Part shown: in pieces, positions 1-9,874 of the stretch | Layout of the letters: each line of letters opens with the position of its first letter | Position numbering within the stretch: the first letter of the stretch is position 1 | From: Staphylococcus phage vB_SauM-UFV_DC4 | Strand: one strand, 5' to 3' | Sequence record: MZ779063.1 | Length of the DNA stretch: 64,000 nucleotides | Translations under genes and position numbers: made by a program | Notes under the pieces: generated by a model | The model's input: only the letters and a program-made list of their open reading frames with translations | What the model was told of the DNA's origin: nothing | The model's database searches: none

Positions 1-51
1 CGAAAGTCAATTCTATTATTAAGAGTAAATATTAAGAGAGGATGGTTAGAT

Positions 52-321
52 GTGAATTTATTTAATTTATTTAAAAAAGAAGATAAAAGATTAGCATTAA
101 TAAGAAATAAATTTGATGAAGAAAAAATTACTGCAGTAGTCAGACAAGAAGGTAAAAAAATTGAAGTGGAATATTTATTGTTTAATGATGAAAATTGCAT
201 GATGAGACCTTCTTATTATTCTGAAGAAGATCGTTTAGAAGTAGAAAACAAAATAAAAGCTGTTATGGCATATTATGGTTATTTAGATAATGACTTTATT
301 ATGTATGCAGATGTAATTTAA
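52..321 (+). CDS. hypothetical protein (GTG start)
   Basis: 89-aa ORF with GAGAGGA SD-like sequence ~10 nt upstream; no recognisable motifs. Confidence 0.35.
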   Translation: MNLFNLFKKEDKRLALIRNKFDEEKITAVVRQEGKKIEVEYLLFNDENCMMRPSYYSEEDRLEVENKIKAVMAYYGYLDNDFIMYADVI

Positions 322-440
322 TTATATTAAAAGAGGTGTTTAAGTAATGATAACGACATACATCATATTTTCAATTTTAGTACTAGTTTTAGTTAATATT
401 ATTTCATACAAAAAATCAAAAGCAAAATAAATTAAAAATT

Positions 441-494
441 GGAACTAACCTTTTTATATGAGAGGTTAGTTCCTCATATTTGATTTTTTTTTAT
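441..494 (+). terminator. rho-independent terminator
   Basis: inverted repeat ggaactaacct/aggttagttcc followed by a T-run. Confidence 0.5.
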
Positions 495-580
495 AAAAAA
501 TAGAGATTGATTATTTATTTTATAAGTGTATATTAATTTCATATACTTAGAAAAAACTTTTAATTTTTAAGGAAAATTTC

Positions 581-609
581 TAGCTTTTTTATAAAAAATT
601 TGTTATAAT
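581..609 (+). promoter_or_regulatory. sigma-A-like promoter with extended -10 (tagcttttttataaaaaatttgttataat)
   Basis: TGnTATAAT at 600-609; near-identical 29-nt element recurs at 17135-17163. Confidence 0.4.
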
Positions 610-654
610 AAATAACGTTATAGTATTAAATAATTTTTGGAGAGTGAATGTTAA

Positions 655-1956
655 ATGTCAAAATTAACTAGCAAAATTAATGATTTGATTAAATCAAATC
701 CATCAGTATACGGTAAAGAAGATAATTACACACCTATGTATGAATCAGGAATTGACTTATTAGATTATAGAAATGGTTTCTTAAACACTGTTACAGATGA
801 TGAACGCATTGGATTAATGGGTGGTAAAGTAACTACATTTATCGGTGGATCTGGTTCAGGTAAAACAACACTTGCTATTCAAGCAGCAGCAAGAATTGTT
901 GAAAAATATGAGAACTCAAGTGTTATTCATTATGACTTTGAAGATGCAACTACTGATGAACGTATTTATCAAGTAACAGGTTGGTCTAAAGAAATGAAAC
1001 AAGAAAAATACACTAAATTAAATAAAAAGATTAGTTTAGATTCAGTAGATCAATTAATTCGTGGTATCCGTGATACTAAATTAGAAAATGAAGAAGAATT
1101 CACTATCCATACAGATAAAATTGATCCAGAAACTGGTGAAAAAGTTTCATTCATGGCTCCAACAGTAGTTATCATTGACTCTGTTGCTACAATGGCTTCT
1201 AAAGAAATTGATGATAAAGACGGTGAAGGTGGACAAATGAATGCCACTAAACAAGCTAAAGATAATACAACATTCATTAAACGTATTATCGGTTCATCTA
1301 CATTAAATTCAGCGAATATTATGCTTATTTTAATTAATCATATTACAACTAAAATTGATATCAATCCATATGCAGCTACACCTAAAGAATTAAACTATCT
1401 TAAACAAGGTGAAGCATTACCAGGTGGTAAAGCAATCAACTATATGGCAAATAACATGTTTAAAATTAGTCCTTCACAAGCTTTAGATCCAGAAGGAAAT
1501 TCTAATCAAGCTAAATATGGAATTAAAGGTTTTATCAATACAGTTGAAGTTATTAAATCACGTTCAAATGCAGCTGGTGCTAAATTTGATTTAATCTTTG
1601 AACAAAAGAATGGTTTTAATAACGCTTTATCAAATCTATTGTTCTTACAAAGTGAAAAAATGCTTAAAGGTAATCCAAGAGCATATCGTATTGATGGCTA
1701 TGATGATGTTAGCTTTACACTTAAAACATTTATGGATAAATATGAGAGTAATAAAGATTTTAAAGAATACTTTGACAAATATGTTAAAGGTATTTATAAA
1801 GAAAAATTCTTAGCTAATATTGAACATGAATCTAGTTTGGATAATGAAGAATTAGAATTGGTTGAATTAGTTAATAAAGATGAAGATATTTGGTTAGGTT
1901 CAGATGGCAATTATTATGATTCTGATAAAAATGCTATAGAAGTATCTAAAGATTAA
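655..1956 (+). CDS. RecA/UvsX-family recombinase
   Basis: Walker A GGSGSGKTT; RecA core pattern VVIIDSVATMASKEIDDKDGEG ... ILINHI ... LPGGKAINY aligns with RecA IVVDSVAAL..EIEGE ... FINQIR ... GGNALKFY. Confidence 0.8.
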   Translation: MSKLTSKINDLIKSNPSVYGKEDNYTPMYESGIDLLDYRNGFLNTVTDDERIGLMGGKVTTFIGGSGSGKTTLAIQAAARIVEKYENSSVIHYDFEDATTDERIYQVTGWSKEMKQEKYTKLNKKISLDSVDQLIRGIRDTKLENEEEFTIHTDKIDPETGEKVSFMAPTVVIIDSVATMASKEIDDKDGEGGQMNATKQAKDNTTFIKRIIGSSTLNSANIMLILINHITTKIDINPYAATPKELNYLKQGEALPGGKAINYMANNMFKISPSQALDPEGNSNQAKYGIKGFINTVEVIKSRSNAAGAKFDLIFEQKNGFNNALSNLLFLQSEKMLKGNPRAYRIDGYDDVSFTLKTFMDKYESNKDFKEYFDKYVKGIYKEKFLANIEHESSLDNEELELVELVNKDEDIWLGSDGNYYDSDKNAIEVSKD

Positions 1957-2027
1957 TTTTTCAAAAGGGATAATTCCAATGAAGATAATATACTTCATTG
2001 GAACCCTTTAATTCAAATTTTGGTTCA

Positions 2028-2072
2028 AATATATATTATAAGATTGTAGAATATTAAGAGCATGATATTCTA
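2028..2072 (+). promoter_or_regulatory. phage promoter-like motif (aaatatatattataag) followed by hairpin tagaatat..atattcta
   Basis: one of >=12 copies of ATATATTATAA motif followed by stem-loop upstream of plus-strand genes. Confidence 0.45.
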
Positions 2073-2109
2073 TAAATATATTCATTATTATAGGAGAGTG
2101 TATTAAGAT

Positions 2110-4251
2110 ATGACAAAAGACAAAACACAAAGAATGGTAGAAATTGAAGATAAGCGAAGTCATGAGTTTTTATCAGAACCTCTATTAATGCCTAATGTTA
2201 ATAGAACTAATGGTAACAGATCTCAAATGTTTACATCTCACATTGGTCAATGTATTCAATTAACTGGAGCTGAACCACCTTTGATTCAAACTGGTTTTGA
2301 AAATCAAGTAGGTAAATATTCAACTGGATACAAAAAAGCTAATAGAGATTTTGAAGTTATTTATAAATTTGAAAAGAATAAGTACGTTAATTACTATTTA
2401 ATTAAGTACAAAGATAATGATGAATATGATGTAATTATTAGAGAAGAAGCTAATCATTTAGCTGAGAAGTTCGGAAATAAATATAATAATGATGAAATTG
2501 ATAAACTAAAAGTTGGAGATACAGTTAGTAAAGAAACTGTATTATTTAAGGATCAAAACTATGATGAAGATAATAATTTCCAATATGGTGCTAATGCAAC
2601 TTCTGTATTCTTACCATTCAAAGGCATGACGAATGAGGACGGAATTGTAGTATCAGAATCATTAGCAGAGAAAATGTCAAGTTATTTTGTAAATGTAATC
2701 AATATCACTATCAATACAAACGATATTCCTTTAAATTTATATGGAAATGAAGATGAGTATAAATCATTTCCAGATGTAGGTGAAGAAGTTCAAAATGGAG
2801 TATTGTGTGCAACTCGTAGATTGAATTACGATGAGATTATTCATAAATTTAAAAATGAAATGCTTACTAAAACATTAGAAGATGATAATGCTTATAAAGT
2901 TCACGGTAAAGTTATTGATATTGATGTACTTAATAATGAAGATATTGAAAAATTAGAAAATCAAAAATATTCAGAGCAATTTGTTAAGTATATTAAAGAA
3001 TTAAGACACTTTTATAAAACATTTGTAACTGTTACAGATGATATTGTACGTAAAAAGAAATTTAGTAATGATTTAATTAGAATTCATAATAAATTTAAAG
3101 GTTATATTGATAATAATGCTAAATTAGTTTATGATAATAATCAATTTGATAAAATCATCTTCAGAGTTAAAGTTTTAGAAAAGAAACCTTTAGTTCATGG
3201 ATCGAAAATCACCACACGCTATGGGGGTAAAGGAGTCGTAGCTGAAATTGTACCTGATGATCAAATGCCAATGATCACAGAGTTCGATGGAGAAGACTTC
3301 ACTAAAGATTCTACTAAAACACCAATTAGTAAACGAGTAGATTTAATCCATAATAATATGGGTATCATTAACCGTGGAAATCCATCAGCTTTAATTGAGT
3401 TAGAATTAAATCATGTATCAAATGTAATAAGACATCGTATAAGTAAATTAGATGATGTTAATCAACAGAAAGAATATCTATTAGGATATATTAAAGATGT
3501 AGATAAAATTTCATATGATAATTATGTTAAATTATTTAATCAATTAGATTTATCTGAAACTAAAGAAGCTATTAATGAAATTATTAAAGAAGGTATTGTA
3601 TTACATCAAGCACCATTCTTTGGTAATATTGATTCAGAACAATTAAGATACGTATTTAATAAATATAATATTAAGAAAAATAGATTAAACATAAGTAATA
3701 GAACGTTCATGGTTGGAGATTTATATCACTTAAAACTTAAACACGAACCCTCAGGGAAATTAAGTGCAAAATCTCTAGACTTTAACAATTACAGTGGAAT
3801 ACCTACTAGAACCCCTGATAGTAAAAAGTACTTGTCAAGAATTAATAATAATCCACTCAGAATTGGCGAGATGGAAACGTCTAATATGATGATCGGTGGA
3901 TCTATTAAAGCAATCAATCAATTAACGAATATGTATTCAAATAACCCAGATATGCGTAAACGTTTATTAGTTGAATTGTATACAGGTAATCCATTTAAGA
4001 TTAATACAGAGAGTATACAAAAACGAACTCAAAATAATAATACTAAAGTACTTAATGCTTACTTTAGTCCATTGAATGTTAGTATGACATTTGATGAACC
4101 TGAAGAAGATGAATTACTAAATATTATGGATTTAAATGAAGATCAATTAGAATTCTTAATGGAAAAATACGAAAATTTAGATGATATCAATGATTTAACA
4201 CCTCAAGAAATAAATGGTTTAGTTAAAGAAATTATTGAAGAAAGTAAATAA
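2110..4251 (+). CDS. multisubunit RNA polymerase beta-subunit, C-terminal segment (split rpoB-like)
   Basis: TRYGGKGVVAEIVPDDQMPM...DLIHNNMGIINRGN matches RpoB RHGNKGVISKINPIEDMPY...VDIVLNPLGVPSRMN; NPLRIGEMETSNMMIGG matches GGQRFGEMEVWALEAYG. Confidence 0.8.
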   Translation: MTKDKTQRMVEIEDKRSHEFLSEPLLMPNVNRTNGNRSQMFTSHIGQCIQLTGAEPPLIQTGFENQVGKYSTGYKKANRDFEVIYKFEKNKYVNYYLIKYKDNDEYDVIIREEANHLAEKFGNKYNNDEIDKLKVGDTVSKETVLFKDQNYDEDNNFQYGANATSVFLPFKGMTNEDGIVVSESLAEKMSSYFVNVINITINTNDIPLNLYGNEDEYKSFPDVGEEVQNGVLCATRRLNYDEIIHKFKNEMLTKTLEDDNAYKVHGKVIDIDVLNNEDIEKLENQKYSEQFVKYIKELRHFYKTFVTVTDDIVRKKKFSNDLIRIHNKFKGYIDNNAKLVYDNNQFDKIIFRVKVLEKKPLVHGSKITTRYGGKGVVAEIVPDDQMPMITEFDGEDFTKDSTKTPISKRVDLIHNNMGIINRGNPSALIELELNHVSNVIRHRISKLDDVNQQKEYLLGYIKDVDKISYDNYVKLFNQLDLSETKEAINEIIKEGIVLHQAPFFGNIDSEQLRYVFNKYNIKKNRLNISNRTFMVGDLYHLKLKHEPSGKLSAKSLDFNNYSGIPTRTPDSKKYLSRINNNPLRIGEMETSNMMIGGSIKAINQLTNMYSNNPDMRKRLLVELYTGNPFKINTESIQKRTQNNNTKVLNAYFSPLNVSMTFDEPEEDELLNIMDLNEDQLEFLMEKYENLDDINDLTPQEINGLVKEIIEESK

Positions 4252-4259
4252 AACAAATT

Positions 4260-4291
4260 GGAGTAATGATCATTATTTTGATCATTACTCC
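4260..4291 (+). terminator. stem-loop (ggagtaatgatca..tgatcattactcc), possible terminator/processing site
   Basis: 13-bp perfect inverted repeat after rpoB-like gene; weak T-tract. Confidence 0.35.
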
Positions 4292-4305
4292 TATATTTAA
4301 AGGAT

Positions 4306-4860
4306 GTGTTTAAAATTTATCCTGATTATGATGAATTTTTAAAGAAAGAGTTGGATCGCTTTGGAATTGATACAGATAACGTAGCTTATCATTCTAATAT
4401 TAATTATCGTTATTGTAAAGAGGAATTAGAATCACTTGAAAAGGAAGTTGAAGAAATGGAAATTAATTATTTGAATTTAGAAGATATATCTTTAAATAAA
4501 GAAGAGACAAGTGGAGTTATGACTATAAGAGAATTAGTAAATACTATTGATCACTTGATATATACAGAAAATGAAGTTACACCTTTATACTACTTCTTTA
4601 TGGATAAAATTGATTCACTTCCTATGATTAATATGATTACTTATAAAAAGGCAGCTAACACATTCTATGAAGAATATAAAAGATATAACACTGAAAATCA
4701 TTCAGCTTATATAAATATTAAAGGAGAATGGAAACAGTTATCATTTAATCAATTTAAAGAATCTTTAAAAGAAGTTTTATTATCTTCACATAAAGAAAGC
4801 AATGTTGATAAATTATTTAAAGAGTTAAATAATTTAGCTGTAAAAGATAATTTTTCATAA
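4306..4860 (+). CDS. hypothetical protein (start uncertain, GTG in track)
   Basis: 184-aa ORF, no in-frame ATG near start; no SD at proper spacing. Confidence 0.45.
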   Translation: MFKIYPDYDEFLKKELDRFGIDTDNVAYHSNINYRYCKEELESLEKEVEEMEINYLNLEDISLNKEETSGVMTIRELVNTIDHLIYTENEVTPLYYFFMDKIDSLPMINMITYKKAANTFYEEYKRYNTENHSAYINIKGEWKQLSFNQFKESLKEVLLSSHKESNVDKLFKELNNLAVKDNFS

Positions 4861-4887
4861 TTGCTCTTAGATCAAAATTAGTAATAA

Positions 4888-4937
4888 GCATATATTATAA
4901 ATATGAGACAATGTTCATTAACTTGATCATTGTCTCA
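4888..4937 (+). promoter_or_regulatory. promoter-like motif gcatatattataaatatg + hairpin tgagacaatg..cattgtctca
   Basis: motif copy; hairpin overlaps the ORF-track start of the next gene, arguing the true start is downstream. Confidence 0.45.
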
Positions 4938-4967
4938 TATATTGTTTTATTTTTTATAAATAAGGAG

Positions 4968-6857
4968 ATGAATTGGATAATGGAAAATAATACATTAAAT
5001 TCGTATATAAAGGAAGATTTTAAATATTTTAAAGATGATAAATTAGAAATTGATGAAATATTTAACTTTAAAGATGATAAGACTAAAGAAAAATTTGAAA
5101 CGTTTTTTAATGGAGTTATATACACATTGAAAAATTTGAATTATGTTGAATTATCTGAAATGTATAATGAATCAATTAAAGAGAAAGGTAATACTCAAGT
5201 TAAAGCTGAAAGTTATATAGATTATTTAAATAATGAATTGAAAAATAAAAGACTAAATAAAGAAACTAAAAAACTTTATAAAGATTTATTAATGACTTTA
5301 GAAGATGATTTGAAAAGATATAATGCTAATTTAGATGACAGCATTATAAATAAATTATTCAAAAATAAGTATATATCAATATCTTATTATAGTTTAATAG
5401 TACCGTATAATATTGCTAACGAAATTGAATTTAATAAAAACTATTATAGTTTTCTTGAATTAGAAGATTTTGTTAGATTCATAGTATTTCCGTATTATCA
5501 GCTTTTATATCTATCTAAAGATAATTTAAGAAATATTTATATAAAGAATACAGATATAAATCTTCATGATTATTTTATTGATATAATAAAGAGTTATATT
5601 AAAAATTTAATAGATAATAAAGATGTAGATACACTAAAGGATTTATTAGATGTGTTAACAAATGAGCACGAATATCTAAGATCCCCAAAATATACAGACT
5701 ATAGAAAAGGTAATGGTAGAAATTTATTTGAGTTGCTAATAGATATGAATTTCAATGAATTTAAAGACTTATTATATGAAATGATATATATTATAATGAA
5801 TAATAATCTAAAAAAAGAATTACAAGTAGAAATGAATTATGATATATACAAACACAATATATTTTTAATAAGTTTAATGAATGATGAAGTAGAAAGTCAT
5901 AGACAACCTAAATTTAATGATAAATTTTTAATAGAGAGTAATAATACAATTAGAGCTACTGCAAGTGCAGATTTATACAGTAAAAATAATTACTACCAAA
6001 ATAACTTATTAGGTCACTATATTAATGATCTATATGTAAATAAAAATAAAATAAATAAATTTAAAAGGGTTAATAAAGTTAGAAGTCTTAAATCTTTTAT
6101 TTATTTAACTAACCAAAGATGCATTATCGGTGGTGAGTCATATTATAAATATCTATATAAATATTTATTTGATCCAAGTAACTTAACTAGAGAAGAGTTT
6201 GAAGTATCTACATTATTAATTAAATTGATAACTTGTAAGTCTAGTAATCAATTAAAGAAAGTTATGGAGAATGCAAAAACCAACTCTATATTAAATAATC
6301 TTTTATTTGAAACAGAAATTAATGATATAATTAAAATTGGTATAGAAATGAATATTAATACTATATTCAATGAAAAGGGTTTAAGTAAAATTAATACAGT
6401 TGATTTAACTGTAGGAAATATTGTAAAACCTTTGTTATATAATAACGCAAATGATTATGAAGAACAAACAGAAATCATTAATTCAATATTTAAAAATTTT
6501 ACTTATGATATAGATATCAATTTTGATAAATATCATTATAAAGATTTAGATGAATATTTTGAAAGTAGATTAAATTTAGGTCTTTTAAAAGAATCAAATA
6601 TAGATATTAGTATTAATATTAATTATAGTAAAATTGCAAAAACTATTGTAAATAATATTAAAGATAAACTTAGAGGAAAATATGATTTTGAAAAGAATGA
6701 GTTTATTATTACTTATGATAAGATGAATATTACTCGTTTAACTTCTACAGAGTTTTGTAATGGGTTATGTGAATATTTAAGTAAATACTTCCCAGAAGAA
6801 GCTAAAAAGTTAAATAAGAGTTTTAGAGCTGAAATTGTAAATACAATGTTTAGATAG
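4968..6857 (+). CDS. hypothetical N/K/Y/I-rich protein (start ATG 4968 or 4979)
   Basis: long ORF; AAGGAG at 4962-4967; ORF-track start 4911 lies inside upstream hairpin. Confidence 0.5.
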   Translation: MNWIMENNTLNSYIKEDFKYFKDDKLEIDEIFNFKDDKTKEKFETFFNGVIYTLKNLNYVELSEMYNESIKEKGNTQVKAESYIDYLNNELKNKRLNKETKKLYKDLLMTLEDDLKRYNANLDDSIINKLFKNKYISISYYSLIVPYNIANEIEFNKNYYSFLELEDFVRFIVFPYYQLLYLSKDNLRNIYIKNTDINLHDYFIDIIKSYIKNLIDNKDVDTLKDLLDVLTNEHEYLRSPKYTDYRKGNGRNLFELLIDMNFNEFKDLLYEMIYIIMNNNLKKELQVEMNYDIYKHNIFLISLMNDEVESHRQPKFNDKFLIESNNTIRATASADLYSKNNYYQNNLLGHYINDLYVNKNKINKFKRVNKVRSLKSFIYLTNQRCIIGGESYYKYLYKYLFDPSNLTREEFEVSTLLIKLITCKSSNQLKKVMENAKTNSILNNLLFETEINDIIKIGIEMNINTIFNEKGLSKINTVDLTVGNIVKPLLYNNANDYEEQTEIINSIFKNFTYDIDINFDKYHYKDLDEYFESRLNLGLLKESNIDISININYSKIAKTIVNNIKDKLRGKYDFEKNEFIITYDKMNITRLTSTEFCNGLCEYLSKYFPEEAKKLNKSFRAEIVNTMFR

Positions 6858-6873
6858 AAAGGGGAAATTAAAG

Positions 6874-7428
6874 ATGGATGTTAAAAGAACGTTTAATGTA
6901 GATATTATGCAGACAGATAGAAGAATTTTCTATAACATTATTAACGTAGAAATGTCTATTAGTGATAAAAGAAAAATGTATAATAAAGTCAATGATGAAA
7001 ATGAGGTTTTAACATATGTATTTGATAGTTACACAGATTACGTATTGATGGAAAATGAAGGTATAATGACTATGGCAAAAGATTTAAATGATTTCATTAA
7101 ACATTCTATTTTCGATTACCATTTTTCCTCTTTAATAAAACAATTTTTACCTTCGACCAACTTCCGGAATTTTGGAGAGTTTGTCCGTATGTTAGAAAGA
7201 GAATTATTTGTACCTAATCAAGAAACTTTAAGTCAATTTTCTTCAAAAGAAGATATGATTTATGTGTATTATAATACTACTCTAAATAGAATAATCATTG
7301 TTGATCACATTATGTACTTAAAAGCACTAATGGAGTATGTTAAAGAAGAAAAAGAATTCTATGGAGATTTATCTATAGAATTTGAAAAAGAAGTTAAAAA
7401 ATATTTAGTTAAAAATAATCTTAAATAA
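6874..7428 (+). CDS. hypothetical protein
   Basis: 184-aa ORF with GGGGAAA SD. Confidence 0.5.
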   Translation: MDVKRTFNVDIMQTDRRIFYNIINVEMSISDKRKMYNKVNDENEVLTYVFDSYTDYVLMENEGIMTMAKDLNDFIKHSIFDYHFSSLIKQFLPSTNFRNFGEFVRMLERELFVPNQETLSQFSSKEDMIYVYYNTTLNRIIIVDHIMYLKALMEYVKEEKEFYGDLSIEFEKEVKKYLVKNNLK

Positions 7429-7445
7429 AGGAGAGATAATATTTA

Positions 7446-8180
7446 ATGAATGGATATGGCAAAATTAATAAAAAAGTTTTTAATATAGATCGTAGCAACT
7501 TTGAAGTAGTTTTAATGGACTACATGGATACTAAACAGATGAAAAATAATTACAATAGAGATATAACCGATCAAGAAAAAATTGATCGGTTAATACCTTT
7601 AATTAAACAACAAGAAAATGAACAAGATGAGGGCAAAATATTTGAAAATGCTAGAAGATATGAACTTCTTTTAGCTAAAACATTTGAATACTCTCTTAAT
7701 GGAAAATTAGAATTATACAAATTAAAAGAAGTATTAAATTATTACGAAGAAAAAAATCTTTTTAATATAGTATATCCAAATTTTAGATACACTTTTAATG
7801 TAGAATCTCCTAGTAAAGAGTATTCCTTATTATCTTTAAAAACTAAAATATTTTTAATTATAGAAACTATTATAGATTTTATTAAAAATGATTATGTAGA
7901 AGATAATCTTTCTATTAAGTTAATTTTAAATTCAGAAGAAATAATGATTGATACACTTGATTTAAACGAAAAATCTTTGTGTAATACCTTTAGTCTACAA
8001 TATACAAATGAATTGTTATCTTATAATGGAGCTTATTTATTCTCACATGATCAAGTAAAAAGTATAGAAAATATAAATAATATTTTATTTAAAGATATAT
8101 ATAAAGACAAAGATAAAGAAATCTTAGAATTTATATCTAAGAAAGTAAAAAATAAATATATTTCAAAATATTTTAAATAA
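7446..8180 (+). CDS. hypothetical protein
   Basis: 244-aa ORF, AGGAGAGA SD. Confidence 0.5.
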   Translation: MNGYGKINKKVFNIDRSNFEVVLMDYMDTKQMKNNYNRDITDQEKIDRLIPLIKQQENEQDEGKIFENARRYELLLAKTFEYSLNGKLELYKLKEVLNYYEEKNLFNIVYPNFRYTFNVESPSKEYSLLSLKTKIFLIIETIIDFIKNDYVEDNLSIKLILNSEEIMIDTLDLNEKSLCNTFSLQYTNELLSYNGAYLFSHDQVKSIENINNILFKDIYKDKDKEILEFISKKVKNKYISKYFK

Positions 8181-8197
8181 ATAGGAGTGAATAGGAT

Positions 8198-9367
8198 ATG
8201 TCAAATTTAACTATGCAAGAAAAAGACTTAATTATGATTGAAAATAAGTATAATAGATTTTTAGATAAAAAGGAAAAGATAATGAATAAAGAATCAGACT
8301 TTATTAAAATTGCATTTGAAGAATTAATGGACTTCGTTGTACATTTTGGACATAATAAATTCTTTAAATCAGACACAATATTTTATAGAGAATATGATGA
8401 GATGTTAGAGAATTATAAAATGGAATTAAATAAAATATCTAAAGTGGAAGATGATTTAGTACTAACGTATTTAAATAAAATTATTAATGATACTGATAAA
8501 GTTGAATTCTATAATAACATGAAGAAAATTTCAGAAAGTTATAGTAAAGAAAAATTAATCGTATCTATATCATATATAAAAGCTTTGGACTTCTATATAC
8601 ACATGATGCGAAATGAAGAATTAATGAGTGATATGGGATCTCTTACAGTTCATCCTTATGATTTTAATAAACGATTAATAAGTGAATATAAAAAAGATAA
8701 TATATTTTGGAGAAAACTAAGTGATGAAGAAAAGTCAAATGCAATTCAAATGTCTAATATATATTTTGAAGGTATTGAAAATAAAGAAATTGGTAGATTT
8801 ACCACTGAACATATAAACAGTGAAAAAGAAGGAACTGTATTTAATTTTAATATAAATACATTTCATAAATTTTTCGATCAATTTGTATCTTTGGATATAG
8901 CTTATACAGATGGTTTAATATTTAACTTAATGATGAACAGTAATATCAGTAAATATTATGAGAAATACTATAAAGAAATAGAACATGATATCTTCAATGC
9001 TAGTTATATTTCTGATAAATATGACTATGAAAACTTAGAAGAAGATAAATTTTTAAAAATCTTAAATCGTATAGATATGTTTTATAATGTGAATATACCT
9101 TTATATATTTATAATAGTGGAGAAACATCAAATAAAAAATACTATAATTATCTAACTGCTATGAAGTCTTTTGCTTTAAATGATCTTGTTAATCGTTATT
9201 ATGATTCTTATGAATATATAGAATATTTTAGCGAAGTTAGTGTCAATGATTCTTTCACGTTAGATATGTTAAGTGACGATGATGAAAGTGAATCAAATTA
9301 TTTTGGAGAATTGAATAAAAAAATAAAGAAAGAAAATGAAGAAAGACAATGGCTACAAGCTTTTTAA
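8198..9367 (+). CDS. hypothetical protein
   Basis: 389-aa ORF, TAGGAGTGA SD. Confidence 0.5.
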   Translation: MSNLTMQEKDLIMIENKYNRFLDKKEKIMNKESDFIKIAFEELMDFVVHFGHNKFFKSDTIFYREYDEMLENYKMELNKISKVEDDLVLTYLNKIINDTDKVEFYNNMKKISESYSKEKLIVSISYIKALDFYIHMMRNEELMSDMGSLTVHPYDFNKRLISEYKKDNIFWRKLSDEEKSNAIQMSNIYFEGIENKEIGRFTTEHINSEKEGTVFNFNINTFHKFFDQFVSLDIAYTDGLIFNLMMNSNISKYYEKYYKEIEHDIFNASYISDKYDYENLEEDKFLKILNRIDMFYNVNIPLYIYNSGETSNKKYYNYLTAMKSFALNDLVNRYYDSYEYIEYFSEVSVNDSFTLDMLSDDDESESNYFGELNKKIKKENEERQWLQAF

Positions 9368-9397
9368 AATTTATTTAAAGAGAAGAGGAGACAATTT

Positions 9398-9601
9398 ATG
9401 ATATTTTTAATTGGTATATTAATCATTATTTTAATTTGGTTGGAGATAATATCATTTTCTTTATTTATATCAAGTCTGATAAGTTTACCATTTTCAATAT
9501 TTGACACAGGAACAAGTGATTTTATTAAAGAAGATATAATAACAGCGTTTCTATCAGGTTTATCTACCGTCATAATCTTTTTCATATTATCATCGTTCTA
9601 A
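9398..9601 (+). CDS. small membrane protein (2 TM)
   Basis: 67 aa, two hydrophobic helices; AGAGGAG SD. Confidence 0.45.
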   Translation: MIFLIGILIIILIWLEIISFSLFISSLISLPFSIFDTGTSDFIKEDIITAFLSGLSTVIIFFILSSF

Positions 9602-9619
9602 TAAAAAGGAGAGAACATT

Positions 9620-9847
9620 ATGTTTGCTTTATTGGGAATATTAGCAATAATATTTTTATTATTAATATTTATAGGTTTACCTTTATTTGTCATGGGAGTG
9701 GCTTGCATATTTATGTCACTTTATGAAATCTTTGTGGAAAAAGAAAAAGATATTGACATGCTACTGACATCGACTTATATAACACTTGGGTCGTCACTTG
9801 CATTAGGTTTAGCTATCTTTATATCATTTTGTGTTGAAAATATGTAA
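9620..9847 (+). CDS. small membrane protein (2-3 TM)
   Basis: 75 aa hydrophobic; AAAGGAGAG SD. Confidence 0.5.
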   Translation: MFALLGILAIIFLLLIFIGLPLFVMGVACIFMSLYEIFVEKEKDIDMLLTSTYITLGSSLALGLAIFISFCVENM

Positions 9848-9874
9848 TCATTTAAAATAAAAAGGAGAAATATT

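Noticed and set aside
1050-1277. 75-aa minus-strand ORF inside the recombinase gene (and a similar one at 1598-1813 on the plus strand)
   Set aside because: Nested within a well-supported conserved gene. This is a typical spurious ORF in AT-rich DNA.
4911-4967. ORF-track start (MFINLIIVSYIVLFFINKE) of the 648-aa gene
   Set aside because: This stretch is occupied by the promoter motif and a 34-nt hairpin. An AAGGAG SD at 4962-4967 points to a start at 4968 or 4979.
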